Shown in pieces: positions 37,957 through 47,506 of a stretch of 48,405 nt of DNA. Position 1 is the stretch's first letter; every line of letters begins with the position of its first letter. This stretch comes from Dehalococcoidia bacterium (GTDB lineage Bacteria > Chloroflexota > Dehalococcoidia > Lucifugimonadales > UBA3495). Position numbers and translations under genes: made by a program. Under the pieces are notes generated by a model. It searched no databases. It worked only from the letters and a program-made list of their open reading frames with translations, and had not been told where the DNA came from. The stretch spans positions 1 through 48,405 of the forward strand of contig JASLXV010000068.1 of assembly GCA_030740155.1 (NCBI GenBank), written 5' to 3'.

Positions 37957-39174
37957 TTACTCCCGCTGCCGGCCCCGCTTGTCGGAAACCACTCGTCCCT
38001 CTTTGATCACCAGCAGCAGGCTCCGGAGGTTTTCTATATCCTCCAGCGGGTTTCCGGCTACCGCGATGAGGTCGGCGAACTTGCCGGCAACGACGGTCCC
38101 CAGGTCCTGCTCCCTGCCGCAGAGGGCGGCGGCGTCCCTGGTGGCCGCCAGCAGCGTCTGCCAGGTGGTGGCGCCGTCCTTGACCCAGAGCCCCATCTCC
38201 AGCAACGCCGACTCCCGCAACGGCCGGATGTCCGACCCCAGCGCCATTCGCAGCCCGGCGCTGAGGGCGGTCTGGAACCAGCTCCGGTGCTCCTCGGACG
38301 CCGCATCCGCCCGCCGGACCAGGTCGGGCGCCAGCTGCTTCTCTTCCACCCAGCGTTTCTCCGCGCCGGAGGTGGCCTGCCCCGGCGTCAGGTGGGTGAT
38401 GGCCAAAGTGGGGACGTACCAGACCTCTCGCTCCGTGAGCATCTGAATACACTCTTCATCCATCATGTACCCGTGCTCGACGCTGTGGGCGCCCAGGCTT
38501 ACGGCGGCCTTGACCGCGTCCGGGTTGGTGGCATGGGCCATCACCTTGAATTCACGCTGGTGGCAGATAGCGAAGGCCGCCTCCAACTCCTCTCTCAAAA
38601 GGAACGAGTGCTGGTGCAGGTCCCAGGGAGGCCCCATGACGCCGCCGCTCAGGTTCAGCTTGATGTGGTCCACGCCGTTCTTGATCTGGTCTCGGACGGC
38701 CTCGACGAACCCGTAGGGACCGTCGCATTCCCGGGCGTGTCCCGACCTGAGGAAGTGGCCCGCCGTCGTGGTCAGAAAATGGCCGCAGGCGAAAACCCTG
38801 GGCCCGGCCACCCGGCCCTCTTCGAAAACCCGCCTCCAGGCTACGTCCATGAAGTTGGCCGCGCCCCCGGTCCGGACTCCCACGATACCCGCTTCGGTCA
38901 GGCCTTGCATCAGGGTTTGGCCGAACTGGGCAGTCTGCTCCGCGACGGTCAGGGCGGGCAGAGCGGTATATTCCGGGTGGTAGTGGACGTCCCAGAGGCC
39001 GGGCAGAAGATAGGCGCCTTCGAGGTCGACGACTCGGGCGTCCCGGGTGTCCGGAGAGCGCCGGCCGTCCAGCACTTCAACGATCCGGCCTTCCTCCACA
39101 ATGACGCTGGCTTCAGGGACCGGCGCCGGGTTTACGCAGTCGATCAGGTTGCAGTTGGTCAGGACCAAACGCAT
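37957..39174 (-). CDS. Amidohydrolase family protein (prolidase-like)
   Basis: LLPGLWDVHYH, GVDHIKL, VMAHA, SVEHG, ALGSD, GKFADLIAV. Confidence 0.92.
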   Translation of the reverse strand: MRLVLTNCNLIDCVNPAPVPEASVIVEEGRIVEVLDGRRSPDTRDARVVDLEGAYLLPGLWDVHYHPEYTALPALTVAEQTAQFGQTLMQGLTEAGIVGVRTGGAANFMDVAWRRVFEEGRVAGPRVFACGHFLTTTAGHFLRSGHARECDGPYGFVEAVRDQIKNGVDHIKLNLSGGVMGPPWDLHQHSFLLREELEAAFAICHQREFKVMAHATNPDAVKAAVSLGAHSVEHGYMMDEECIQMLTEREVWYVPTLAITHLTPGQATSGAEKRWVEEKQLAPDLVRRADAASEEHRSWFQTALSAGLRMALGSDIRPLRESALLEMGLWVKDGATTWQTLLAATRDAAALCGREQDLGTVVAGKFADLIAVAGNPLEDIENLRSLLLVIKEGRVVSDKRGRQRE

Positions 39175-39417
39175 GGGAGCCTCCTGTGGGTAGAGACTAC
39201 GCGGCTGTCATTTGGGTGTCGAACCCTTGCCGGCTGTCATCATACATCAAAAAGGCGCCAACCGATTCACGGTTGGCGCCTAGCCGGTCTCGATGGCCGG
39301 GCTGGCGGTCAGGACAGCACACGGGGCTGCCATTGGTGGCAGCCCCGTTTACGCCGATGGGACGATTTCGGAACGGTTGCGTCCCTGCCTCTGGTCATTC
39401 GTGCCAAGGGGCGAGGG

Positions 39418-39723
39418 CTATGGTGCGGGCGCCAAGACGGCAGGGGTCTGCCGGTCCAGCTCTTTCACCTCGATGTTTGAGACCAGCACCATCAGCTCGT
39501 CCAGACGCCGGACCTCGAACTCCAGGAAGTCATCGTCGACCACCATGTAGCGGGATACGACCTCCCAGATTTCCCGCTTCATGCCCTCCATCTTCTCCGG
39601 GGAAAGATCGAGCCGGTCGTGCATCAAGACCAATTGGAGGCGTTGACGAGCGGTGTCCTTGGTGCGCTCCCGATCTTTATTAATCTCTCGTTGACTGAGC
39701 AACCACCGTAAGAATTCAAGCAT
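39418..39723 (-). CDS. minE: Cell division topological specificity factor MinE
   Basis: TKDTARQRLQLVLMHDR...MKREIWEVVSRY; follows minD. Confidence 0.93.
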   Translation of the reverse strand: MLEFLRWLLSQREINKDRERTKDTARQRLQLVLMHDRLDLSPEKMEGMKREIWEVVSRYMVVDDDFLEFEVRRLDELMVLVSNIEVKELDRQTPAVLAPAP

Positions 39724-40534
39724 GTGAATAGGCTCTCCCATTCAAACCTACGAGTCCCTTGAACTTGGACAGCAGGCCCGATTTTGCCGTTACCTCCACT
39801 AGGGGCACCTCATCACCGTCCACCCTGGCCGCGATCCGGAGGAACGCGGCGCCTGAGGGGGCTTTCTTGTCGTGAACCACGGGGATCCCGCGGTTGGAGG
39901 CGGTGATGGTTTTCTCATCCGCGGGCACCAGGCCCAACACCTCTACCGCCAGCAGGTCCACCACGTCGCGCATGTCCATCATGTCGCCACGTTTCACCAT
40001 CTCCGGGTTGATCCGGTTGATGATCAGGCGGGGCTTGTGTAATTCCGCCGCCTCCAGCAAGCCGATAACCCGGTCGGCGTCGCGAATTGCCGACACCTCG
40101 GGGGTTGTGACGATGATGGCCTCCGTGGCGGCGGCAACGGCGTTCTTGAAACCCTGCTCGATGCCCGCGGGGCAGTCCATGAGAACGTAGTCGAACTCCT
40201 GCTCCAGCTTGGCGCACACTTCCCGCAGCTGATCGCGGTCGATACTGTTCTTGTCCCGCGTCTGGGCCGCCGGAATCAAGTACAGCTCGTACTTGTGCTT
40301 ATCGCGGATCATGGCCTGGTGGAGCTTGCAATCGCCCTCGATCACGTTGACCAGGTCGTACACAATCCGGTTCTCCAGGCCCATGACCACGTCGAGGTTG
40401 CGCAGGCCGATGTCGGTGTCCACCACCACTACCTTGTGGCCGCGCATGGCCAGCCCGGAGCCGATGTTCGCCGTGGCGGTGGTCTTGCCGACCCCGCCTT
40501 TCCCTGATGTAACTACTATGGTCCTACCCTTCAT
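39716..40534 (-). CDS. minD: Septum site-determining protein MinD
   Basis: TSGKGGVGKTT, DIGLRNLD, DCPAGIEQG, PEVSAIRDADR; C-terminal amphipathic helix. Confidence 0.97.
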   Translation of the reverse strand: MKGRTIVVTSGKGGVGKTTATANIGSGLAMRGHKVVVVDTDIGLRNLDVVMGLENRIVYDLVNVIEGDCKLHQAMIRDKHKYELYLIPAAQTRDKNSIDRDQLREVCAKLEQEFDYVLMDCPAGIEQGFKNAVAAATEAIIVTTPEVSAIRDADRVIGLLEAAELHKPRLIINRINPEMVKRGDMMDMRDVVDLLAVEVLGLVPADEKTITASNRGIPVVHDKKAPSGAAFLRIAARVDGDEVPLVEVTAKSGLLSKFKGLVGLNGRAYSHA

Positions 40535-41312
40535 ACAGTATGCCTCTGCTGTATCTTGCGAACCGGCCCGTGAATGGCGACACGTATATGGAACGCCGCC
40601 GCACGTAGGCTATCCTGGGGCCGGTCGCCGTAGTTTTGGACCTCTGGCCGGTTGCCGGGGCCAGGCCAATATGAGGGCCGATTTGAATTCGGGGGGATTC
40701 GAGTTCGAGGGCGATAACGGTTGCCTTGGGGTCTCCCCCGGCGCCGGCGTGGGCCAGACCCCGCAGGCATCCGAACACCACGATGTCGCCGTCGGCGGTG
40801 ATCTCGGCTCCTGGGTTCACGTCGGCCAGCACCACCACGTCTCCCGCGTAGTTTATGGACTCGCCGGAGCGAAAGGTCTCTTTGATAAACAACGCCTCGC
40901 CAGGCACACCCTTGAGCGACCCCGCCGACCCCGGCAGCCGCATTTCCGGTTGGCTGGAAGGTGGAGCTTCCACGGCCTTGGACCGCACGGGTTCCGGCGG
41001 CCGCTCGGCAACTGCGGCGGCTACGGCAGCGGCATCTAGTCCGTCCAGGTCGCCTGGGGAACACCAGAACCGGCTGACGGTCAGGCCCGACTCCGCTTCG
41101 ATGACCCCTTTGATCCGGCTCAACTGGTCCCGGAAGAGAATCCGCCGGCCCGCGTTGACGCTGATGGTGCCGCTGGACCACAGCCTCCGGTTTTCCACCA
41201 GGTATTCCCGCAGCCTCTCCGACACCTCGTCAAAAGGCCCGGTATCGTCGATTGCGAAATCGACGTTGGCCCCCCGGCCCGAAACCTGGACCACACTGGT
41301 CTTCAGCGCCAC
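40524..41312 (-). CDS. minC: Septum site-determining protein MinC
   Basis: TFRSGESI..GDVVVLADVNPGAEITADGDIVVFGCLRGLAHAG beta-helix. Confidence 0.93.
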   Translation of the reverse strand: MALKTSVVQVSGRGANVDFAIDDTGPFDEVSERLREYLVENRRLWSSGTISVNAGRRILFRDQLSRIKGVIEAESGLTVSRFWCSPGDLDGLDAAAVAAAVAERPPEPVRSKAVEAPPSSQPEMRLPGSAGSLKGVPGEALFIKETFRSGESINYAGDVVVLADVNPGAEITADGDIVVFGCLRGLAHAGAGGDPKATVIALELESPRIQIGPHIGLAPATGQRSKTTATGPRIAYVRRRSIYVSPFTGRFARYSRGILYEG

Positions 41313-41606
41313 CGCACCCCCGTTACGCACATTATGTTATCTAAGTTTATAGCAGTGTGATCCGGCAGATTTCAAGTCTCTGGGAGGCTGTTTTTAGCCA
41401 ATTTTGAAATTTGTTTGAAGTTGTCATTTCTATTCGCGCCTGCTAGTCTTTTCTAGAGAAGACCGCGCCGGACCACCCCGGGGGCCTTCGAAAAAGTGAA
41501 CGACGCCGGATCATGCAACATTCCGCCGCTCAGGCGCGCCCTGATCCCACGTTTACATAAGACCATCCCCCAAGTCAGGGAAACCACGGCGCCCGAAGAC
41601 AGGGCG

Positions 41607-43070
41607 ATGGCCTGGGGAAGGCGGAATTTCATGGGGAATCCCGGTGCAGCGTTGATTGCATCCGTCTCGCGCCTCCGCAGGCAGAAGAAATACCCTCCGA
41701 CGCCCTGGTCGGCCCAGCGGTTGTACCGCCCTTTCGTCAGGTCGTCTCTGGTGATGGCCCTGTCTCTGGGCTTCACGGCCGGGGCGGTCATGCTGTTCCT
41801 ATCCGCGCTGAAGATCTCCGTCGGCCTCACCTGGGTCACCCACACCCAGGCCCACGGGGTGGCCCAGGTTTTCGGCTGGTCGGGCCTGTTCATGATGGGG
41901 GTGGCTTTCCACGTCGTCCCCCGGTTCCGCAACGGGCCCATCGACTTTCCGTGGCCCCAGCGGAGCATCTTGGCCCTGATCTTGGTAGGCATTGTCTTGC
42001 GGTTTACGGGTCAGACTGTGGACTCTCTATCCGTCAGCCCCGGCCTGCTGGCAGCCTCCGGCGTGTGCCTGGTTCTCGGCGTCGTCCTCTTCGCTTTGGT
42101 GATCGGACGGGCGTTGCTCCGGGGCACGGCGCCCCATGGCCCAGCGGAGCCCTGGCTCGGTATGGGCCTGATTTGGGCGGTGGTGGCGGCGAGCCTGCAC
42201 CTGGACATCGTTATCCGGATGGGACTCAACAACAGCCCGGTCGCCCCGCTGTTTTTGGACGGCGCGTTTATCCACGCCGCCACGTTGGGGTTCATCGGCA
42301 ACTTCATCTTCGGGGTCAGCCTCCGGGCGGTGCCGGCTTTCTTGGGACTGCGCCCGGCACGGCGAGGCCTGGGATGGCTGGCGTTTGGGTGCATCAACGG
42401 GGGCTTGGGCCTGACCGTGGGAGGCTGGCTCGCGGATATGGAGCCCTGGCTCTTGGCCGCGGGCGCCCTCCTGGAACTCATCGGATTCGCCAGCCTGGTG
42501 GCCTCCATCGGGCTACTTGGCCGGAGGGTCACTCCACGTAACTACAACCTGGGGACCTACGTCCGGTATGAGTGGTTCGTCCGGTCGGCCTACATCTGGC
42601 TCTTGGTGGCCGGAATTCTGCAGGTCTTGCAGGCCGCTGGGGGCGTCTGGGAAACGCGGATATTCCCCGCGGAACTGGCCAAGCCCACGCTCCATGTCCT
42701 GGCCCTGGGGTTCGTCACCATGATGATCATGGGCATGGGGTCCAGAATGATTCCTCTCTTCGAGGGGTCGATCCTGCCGGTGCACCGGCTGATGGACCTG
42801 GCGTACGTCAGCTTGAATGTCGGAGTGGTCCTTCGCCTGGCCTTCGGAGTGCTTCCCTTGGGCGCGGAGTGGCCGGGCCTGGCCGCCTCGGGAATGCTGG
42901 GCACCCTGGCCCTGGCCCTTTTCGCTTGGGTCATCTGGCGCGCGCTCAATGCCCCGGCCAGGGAGGCCTATCGGGCGAGGGCCGAGGAATTTGGGCGCCA
43001 GCAGATGATGGCGATGCCATTGGTGCTGGGCAAGTCTTTGAGGCCGCCCGGCGGGAAGCCCGCGGACTGA
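41607..43070 (+). CDS. NnrS-like polytopic membrane protein
   Basis: QAHGVAQVFGW..LFMMGV, HAATLGF, HVLALGF...GMGSRMIP His-containing TM repeats. Start uncertain. Confidence 0.7.
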   Translation: MAWGRRNFMGNPGAALIASVSRLRRQKKYPPTPWSAQRLYRPFVRSSLVMALSLGFTAGAVMLFLSALKISVGLTWVTHTQAHGVAQVFGWSGLFMMGVAFHVVPRFRNGPIDFPWPQRSILALILVGIVLRFTGQTVDSLSVSPGLLAASGVCLVLGVVLFALVIGRALLRGTAPHGPAEPWLGMGLIWAVVAASLHLDIVIRMGLNNSPVAPLFLDGAFIHAATLGFIGNFIFGVSLRAVPAFLGLRPARRGLGWLAFGCINGGLGLTVGGWLADMEPWLLAAGALLELIGFASLVASIGLLGRRVTPRNYNLGTYVRYEWFVRSAYIWLLVAGILQVLQAAGGVWETRIFPAELAKPTLHVLALGFVTMMIMGMGSRMIPLFEGSILPVHRLMDLAYVSLNVGVVLRLAFGVLPLGAEWPGLAASGMLGTLALALFAWVIWRALNAPAREAYRARAEEFGRQQMMAMPLVLGKSLRPPGGKPAD

Positions 43071-43108
43071 GGCTAGGGCCTGGTACCGGAAACCGCCGTT
43101 GTGATCAG

Positions 43109-43171
43109 CCGTTCCCCCTCAGCTTGTCCAAGGGCCCGGGATTGGTGGTTATGCAAGCTCACCACGAACGG
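43109..43171. repeat. Degenerate REP of a second family (CCGTTC...AGCTTGTC/CAAGCTC...GAACGG)
   Basis: CCGTTCCCCCTCAGCTTGTCCAAGGG...GTGGTTATGCAAGCTCACCACGAACGG imperfect palindrome between convergent genes. Confidence 0.6.
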
Positions 43172-43278
43172 TGTTGGATATACCCATGGTCAAAGGGACA
43201 CCCCGTTAGAACCAAGTTGACTCAGTTCTAGACTTGGGACCACCCCTCAGGCAGGGCGGCGGCGTCGCCCGGTGGGTT

Positions 43279-44481
43279 CTAGCCGACGAGGGACAGGATG
43301 GTGCGGGTCACCACCCGGGCCTCGTCGATAACCTGAGAGACGGGAGCGAAGTCCACGCCGATGAATGAGCCACCGCCTCCGGCCCCGTACATCACCGCGG
43401 GGACACCGGCGGAGCACTGGCCTCCGGCGTCGAAAGTCCCGATACCGTGGAAGGTCTCCGGCTCGCTGCCGCGCACCTGGCGGTGGGCCTCCATCAGCGC
43501 TTGAACCCCCCGGTGCTCCGCGTCCACCAACGCAGGAAGCATGTACTCTCCCTTCTCAACGGACACCTGATAGGGCGACAGGTCGCCGATGGTCTTCCGG
43601 ACGTCTTCCACCGCCTGGTCCACGTCGTCACCCGGCAGCAGCCGACGGTCCACCTTCATGCGCGCTATTTCCGGGAGCGTGTGGGGAGCCATCGGCTCGA
43701 AAGTCAACTGGTATGGTATGGCGTGACGCCCTCCCAATATGGGGTGGGTACCCTCAAGCGGGACCAGTTTGAGCCGGTTCATCACCTCGTTCGCCCCGGC
43801 GATGGCGCTCAGACCCTGGCTCGGGGCGCTGGAGTGGACCGCCTTGCCCCGGACCTCCACGTTGATGTCCACCCGCCCCCGGTTCCCGAGAGAAACGCGC
43901 AACCCGGTGCCGAGCAGCAGCAGGCCGAAATCGGGCTTCCGGTCCAGAGCCTTGAGAATCTCCTCGGTGCACCGGTGGCTGCTCAGACCCTCGTTGTTTA
44001 TCGCGAAGTACACCGTGCCTCGAAGTTGGGCCTGGTGCTCGGTCAGGAGCTTCAACACCGCCAGCATCACGGCGTGGTGGGCCTTGTTCTGGGTCATTCC
44101 CTGCCCGAACACGCAGGGCTCGTCGTAGCCCCATTCTGTCCCGAGGCCGATCTTGCCCGAGAACGGGTCTTCCATCAGGTTGTGGTGTTGGGTGGGCGTA
44201 TAGGCCATCACCAGCATACAGGCGTCGGAAGAGCCCTCGCCGAGCCGCATCACCAACTGGTTGCTTGGGACATCCTGGATGCCGTACACGGCCAGAGATT
44301 GAATCTTCGGCCGGAGCACCTGCTGAACGTAGTGGACCAGCTTGGGGTCGTCGGGCTCCATGAACGTTTCCGTGCCCAGCGGCACCTCCGTGGGCACCTT
44401 GGCCAGCTCGACCAGGGTATCGATCAAATAGCGCTCGTCCAGGCCTCCCTCCAGCGGGAACGCCTCATCCGCATTCGGCAC
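43279..44481 (-). CDS. M20/M25/M40 family metallo-hydrolase (ArgE/DapE-like)
   Basis: GNRGRVDINVEVRGKAVHSS, VDRRLLPG, TFDAG...GVPAVMYG; canonical HxD and EE ligands appear altered (YTP, NNEG). Confidence 0.8.
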   Translation of the reverse strand: MPNADEAFPLEGGLDERYLIDTLVELAKVPTEVPLGTETFMEPDDPKLVHYVQQVLRPKIQSLAVYGIQDVPSNQLVMRLGEGSSDACMLVMAYTPTQHHNLMEDPFSGKIGLGTEWGYDEPCVFGQGMTQNKAHHAVMLAVLKLLTEHQAQLRGTVYFAINNEGLSSHRCTEEILKALDRKPDFGLLLLGTGLRVSLGNRGRVDINVEVRGKAVHSSAPSQGLSAIAGANEVMNRLKLVPLEGTHPILGGRHAIPYQLTFEPMAPHTLPEIARMKVDRRLLPGDDVDQAVEDVRKTIGDLSPYQVSVEKGEYMLPALVDAEHRGVQALMEAHRQVRGSEPETFHGIGTFDAGGQCSAGVPAVMYGAGGGGSFIGVDFAPVSQVIDEARVVTRTILSLVG

Positions 44482-44757
44482 GTGGGACACCTCCTGAGAG
44501 TAGGTTTGCCTATTATACCCGACGGCGGCCCAGAAGATTCGATGCCGATTCCGGATGTCCTGATGGCATGTTCCCGGTTCCTCGGGAATGAGGCGCTAGG
44601 TGCACCATGCTCCGGTCATATCTCCCTGGTTCCAAAGGAAGCGGGCCGGAGGACCCTGCCGGCTGGTGATGCTGGCCATCCTTCCCGGCCCGTTCCGGGG
44701 ACGCCATGAAGGGCGACGTGCGGCCGGTGTTGGGCCACACGGCCGGACCCGCTGGCA

Positions 44758-45060
44758 CTACTCTCCCATGGTTAGAGCCATCGCCTGTTCCGGAGTGTGG
44801 GCCTGGCTGATCTGCACCGTGTTCCACGCGATCATCCTGGATTCGAGAAGCAACAACTCCGCCGCCTCGAAGCTGGGCGCATCCAGTATCATGATGTTCT
44901 TGTGGGCGCCCAGCAGGACGTAGGTCCCCAAGTTCTTTACGTTGTGTTTCTTCTCAAGGTCAGGGATCGTCGACATGGCCTCGCCCAGCATGTCCATGAC
45001 CTCCTTGTTGCTGCCTGGGCACATGGCCGGAGTATGTTCAGCTATAGCGACGAAAATCAT
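44758..45060 (-). CDS. Small hypothetical protein (HxPxxCP motif)
   Basis: GAGGAGG RBS before MIFVAIAEHTPAMCPGSN; 100 aa; ferredoxin-like alpha/beta pattern inferred. Confidence 0.75.
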   Translation of the reverse strand: MIFVAIAEHTPAMCPGSNKEVMDMLGEAMSTIPDLEKKHNVKNLGTYVLLGAHKNIMILDAPSFEAAELLLLESRMIAWNTVQISQAHTPEQAMALTMGE

Positions 45061-45382
45061 GGGCGTGTCCTCCTCTTTCCTGTAGACGATTCGATTCGGC
45101 ACCAGGCAGGGTCCCCCGCGTCGACTTGCCACAGTCAACGAGCCCGGGCCAGCCGCCCGGAGCATAGCTTTTCGCTATCTAGTGTCAATCGGTTTCCCGC
45201 CGAATCCGGAGCCTGGCAAAATCTCCAGCCGGTTGGCCGGAAATCCTAGCCGGCGGTACATTTCCCCGGTGGCCCAGCTCAGTCGCCGACGCCTTTTTGT
45301 CTTCGAATCGTGACCAAAGTTCTTTACATAATGTTCCTCAGTAGCCCCGCCTTTACGCCTCACCCCTTCGGATGTTCGATCC

Positions 45383-45411
45383 TTGACGCCCGGTTGGGCC
45401 ACCGGTAGAAT
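45383..45411 (+). promoter_or_regulatory. sigma70-type promoter of the UGSC operon
   Basis: TTGACG-N17-TAGAAT. Confidence 0.65.
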
Positions 45412-45509
45412 TCCGAATATTAGAAGAGTCTCATATCAGACCGGGGTCTCGCCGGCGCCGTGGGGTGACGGCGGCCCTCCGCCGGTCCAGTCGACAGGGG
45501 GAGGTAACT

Positions 45510-46583
45510 TTGCAACTGCTTTCACACACCTTCAAGGTGCCGGATATCGCGGCGGCTGTGGAATTCTGCTACCAACAGGGCTGGACCGACGGGCTACCGG
45601 TGGTGCCGCCAACCCAGGAAGCGATCGAACGGATCATCGACTATCTGGGCCGTGACCCCAAAGAGGTGGTGGGCATCGTCAACCCCCGAAACGGCATCGC
45701 CACCATCGAGAAGATCGCCATCAACTGCGTCATGGCCGGGTGTCTGGTCGAGTACGTTCCCATCGTCATCGCCGCCCTGGAGGCGATGCTGGAGGAGCCC
45801 TTCAACCTGAACGGCGTGCAGACAACGACCCATTGTTGCGCCCCGCTGGTTGTCGTGAGCGGCCCGGCTGTGAAGAGACTGGGGTTCAACACCGCGGAGA
45901 GCGCGTTGGGCCACGGCTCCCGGGCCAACGCCACCATCGGGCGGGCGGTGCGCCTCATCCTCTGGAATATTGGGGGCGGTCTTCCTGGCGAGCCGTGCAA
46001 AACCACCCACGGCCACCCCGGCTACTACAGCTTCTGCATCGCGGAGAACGAGGACGTCAACCCTTGGGAGCCCCTCCACGTTGGGCTCGGATTCAAAGCG
46101 GAGGAAACGGTCGTCACCGTCGCCGCCGTGGAGTCACCGCATTCCATCGGCACGGGTGCCGGGTACACTTCCTCTGATGATGTACTCTTCGTTATTGCCG
46201 ACGCGATAGCGACCCTGGGCAGCAATAACCTGAGTGGCGGAGATATGGTATTGGCCCTGGGGCCCCTGGCGTCGGAAAACCTATCCAAAGGCGGCTACAG
46301 CAAGCAGGATGTGGTACGGGAACTCATGGAGCGGGCCGTGCGCCCGGTCCGGGAAGTGAAGCGCAAGCATTCCATCGCCCCGGTAAGCCCGTTCCACTGG
46401 AACAAGCTGGTCGACCCCGGCGACGACGAAGCCCTGGTGCCCTTCATCCGGAAACCGGAGAACCTGGTCATCCTCACCACCGGAGGTTGGGGGTCCCTCG
46501 GGGGCTTCGCGGGCCTCTTCCCCGGCTGGGGCAGCCTGGGAGGCCTCAATCAGAGCAAGGCCGTTCACTTTCCCAAAGCGTGA
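45510..46583 (+). CDS. Uncharacterised protein of the family that accompanies UGSC (seleno)proteins
   Basis: GWTDGLPVVPPT, ATIEKIAINCVMAGC, RANATIGRAVRL, IAENE..NPWEPLH; TTG start after GGGGGAGG. Confidence 0.85.
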   Translation: MQLLSHTFKVPDIAAAVEFCYQQGWTDGLPVVPPTQEAIERIIDYLGRDPKEVVGIVNPRNGIATIEKIAINCVMAGCLVEYVPIVIAALEAMLEEPFNLNGVQTTTHCCAPLVVVSGPAVKRLGFNTAESALGHGSRANATIGRAVRLILWNIGGGLPGEPCKTTHGHPGYYSFCIAENEDVNPWEPLHVGLGFKAEETVVTVAAVESPHSIGTGAGYTSSDDVLFVIADAIATLGSNNLSGGDMVLALGPLASENLSKGGYSKQDVVRELMERAVRPVREVKRKHSIAPVSPFHWNKLVDPGDDEALVPFIRKPENLVILTTGGWGSLGGFAGLFPGWGSLGGLNQSKAVHFPKA

Positions 46584-46593
46584 TAGGAGGACC

Positions 46594-47115
46594 ATGGATA
46601 TACTACTGTTTGACCCGGTGGGAGACATCGATTTACCCGAGCGGGCCGAGGAGAAGGTCCTGGATACGCTCAAGGGCAAGGTTGTCGGCTACATATTCAA
46701 CCAGCACAACTCGTCTCTCGTTTTCTGGAAGCACCTGGAGGAGAACGTGGAGAGCGCCCTCGAGCCCTCCAGTACCCTGAAAGTCTACAAGCCGAACACT
46801 TGGGCGCCCGCGCCCAAAGACAAGATCGAACAGGTAATCCAAGAGACGGACTTCGCGCTGGTTGGGGTTGGGGCTTGAGGGTCCTGTACCTCCGCCGCCG
46901 TGCGCGACGGGATTGCCCTCAAGAGTGCCGGCCACCCCGCCATGGTCCTGGTGCACGATGTCTTCGAGAAGGCGGCCCATGCCCAGGCCACGGCCCTGGG
47001 GATGCCGGACCTCCGCATCTACGTGTTCCCTCAGCACCGGCCCGGCGAGCCCGACGAAATCGAGATCGAAAAAGCAGCCCGGGCAGCGGAGGCGTTAGAC
47101 TCGAACCTGCTCTAA
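46594..47115 (+). CDS. UGSC family selenoprotein (Sec at TGA 46876-46878)
   Basis: Track ORFs 46594-46878 and 46900-47115 are in one frame, separated only by TGA in ...VGVGA-U-GSCTSAAVRDG. This gives a 173-aa protein with a UxxC motif; AGGAGG RBS. Confidence 0.88.
46879..46918 (+). promoter_or_regulatory. Candidate bacterial SECIS hairpin
   Basis: Immediately 3' of the UGA, GGG-TCCTGT can pair with ACGGGA-ttg-CCC; an alternative apical hairpin is CCGT-gcgcg-ACGG. Confidence 0.4.
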
Positions 47116-47165
47116 CTGACCCTGGCCACTACATCCTGAGAACACGGTAGAAGATACCGAAGGCC

Positions 47166-47200
47166 GCGCCGATGGGGAGTTTTCCGTCGGCGCCCCCTTT
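47166..47200 (+). terminator. Probable terminator after the UGSC operon
   Basis: GCGCCGATGGGG-agtt-TTCCGTCGGCGC followed by CCCCTTT. Confidence 0.55.
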
Positions 47201-47420
47201 CTACCCGCTGCTCTTCTTCAAAGGAAAGCCGCAGGACTTTGACCCCGCGAATCAGCCCTCGGCTTCGTTTCATGGCCCCTATGGTGGACCGTAAAAGTAG
47301 GGCAATTGGCCCAAGTGGGTTCTTTGCCGACCATCTCGGGTCCTAGCACCTCTTGCGCCAGCCGGTACTGCCGCGCCACGCACCCTTGGCCACTAGTTGA
47401 ATATATGTGTAAGCCCCATG

Positions 47421-47448
47421 TCGACAGCAATTTGGCCAAAGTTATAAT
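47421..47448 (+). promoter_or_regulatory. Possible sigma70-type promoter for the archaellin gene
   Basis: TCGACA-N16-TATAAT. Confidence 0.45.
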
Positions 47449-47506
47449 TTCCTTTTGGTGAGGTGGTGGAGGTGTGGAAGGAAATTCCCGGAGGGGGAGC
47501 CGGCCC

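Noticed and set aside
37759..39480. 573-aa plus-strand ORF and other long antisense ORFs (e.g. 19044-20519, 15815-16999, 43447-44709)
   Set aside because: Shadow ORFs opposite well-supported genes, as expected in high-GC DNA.
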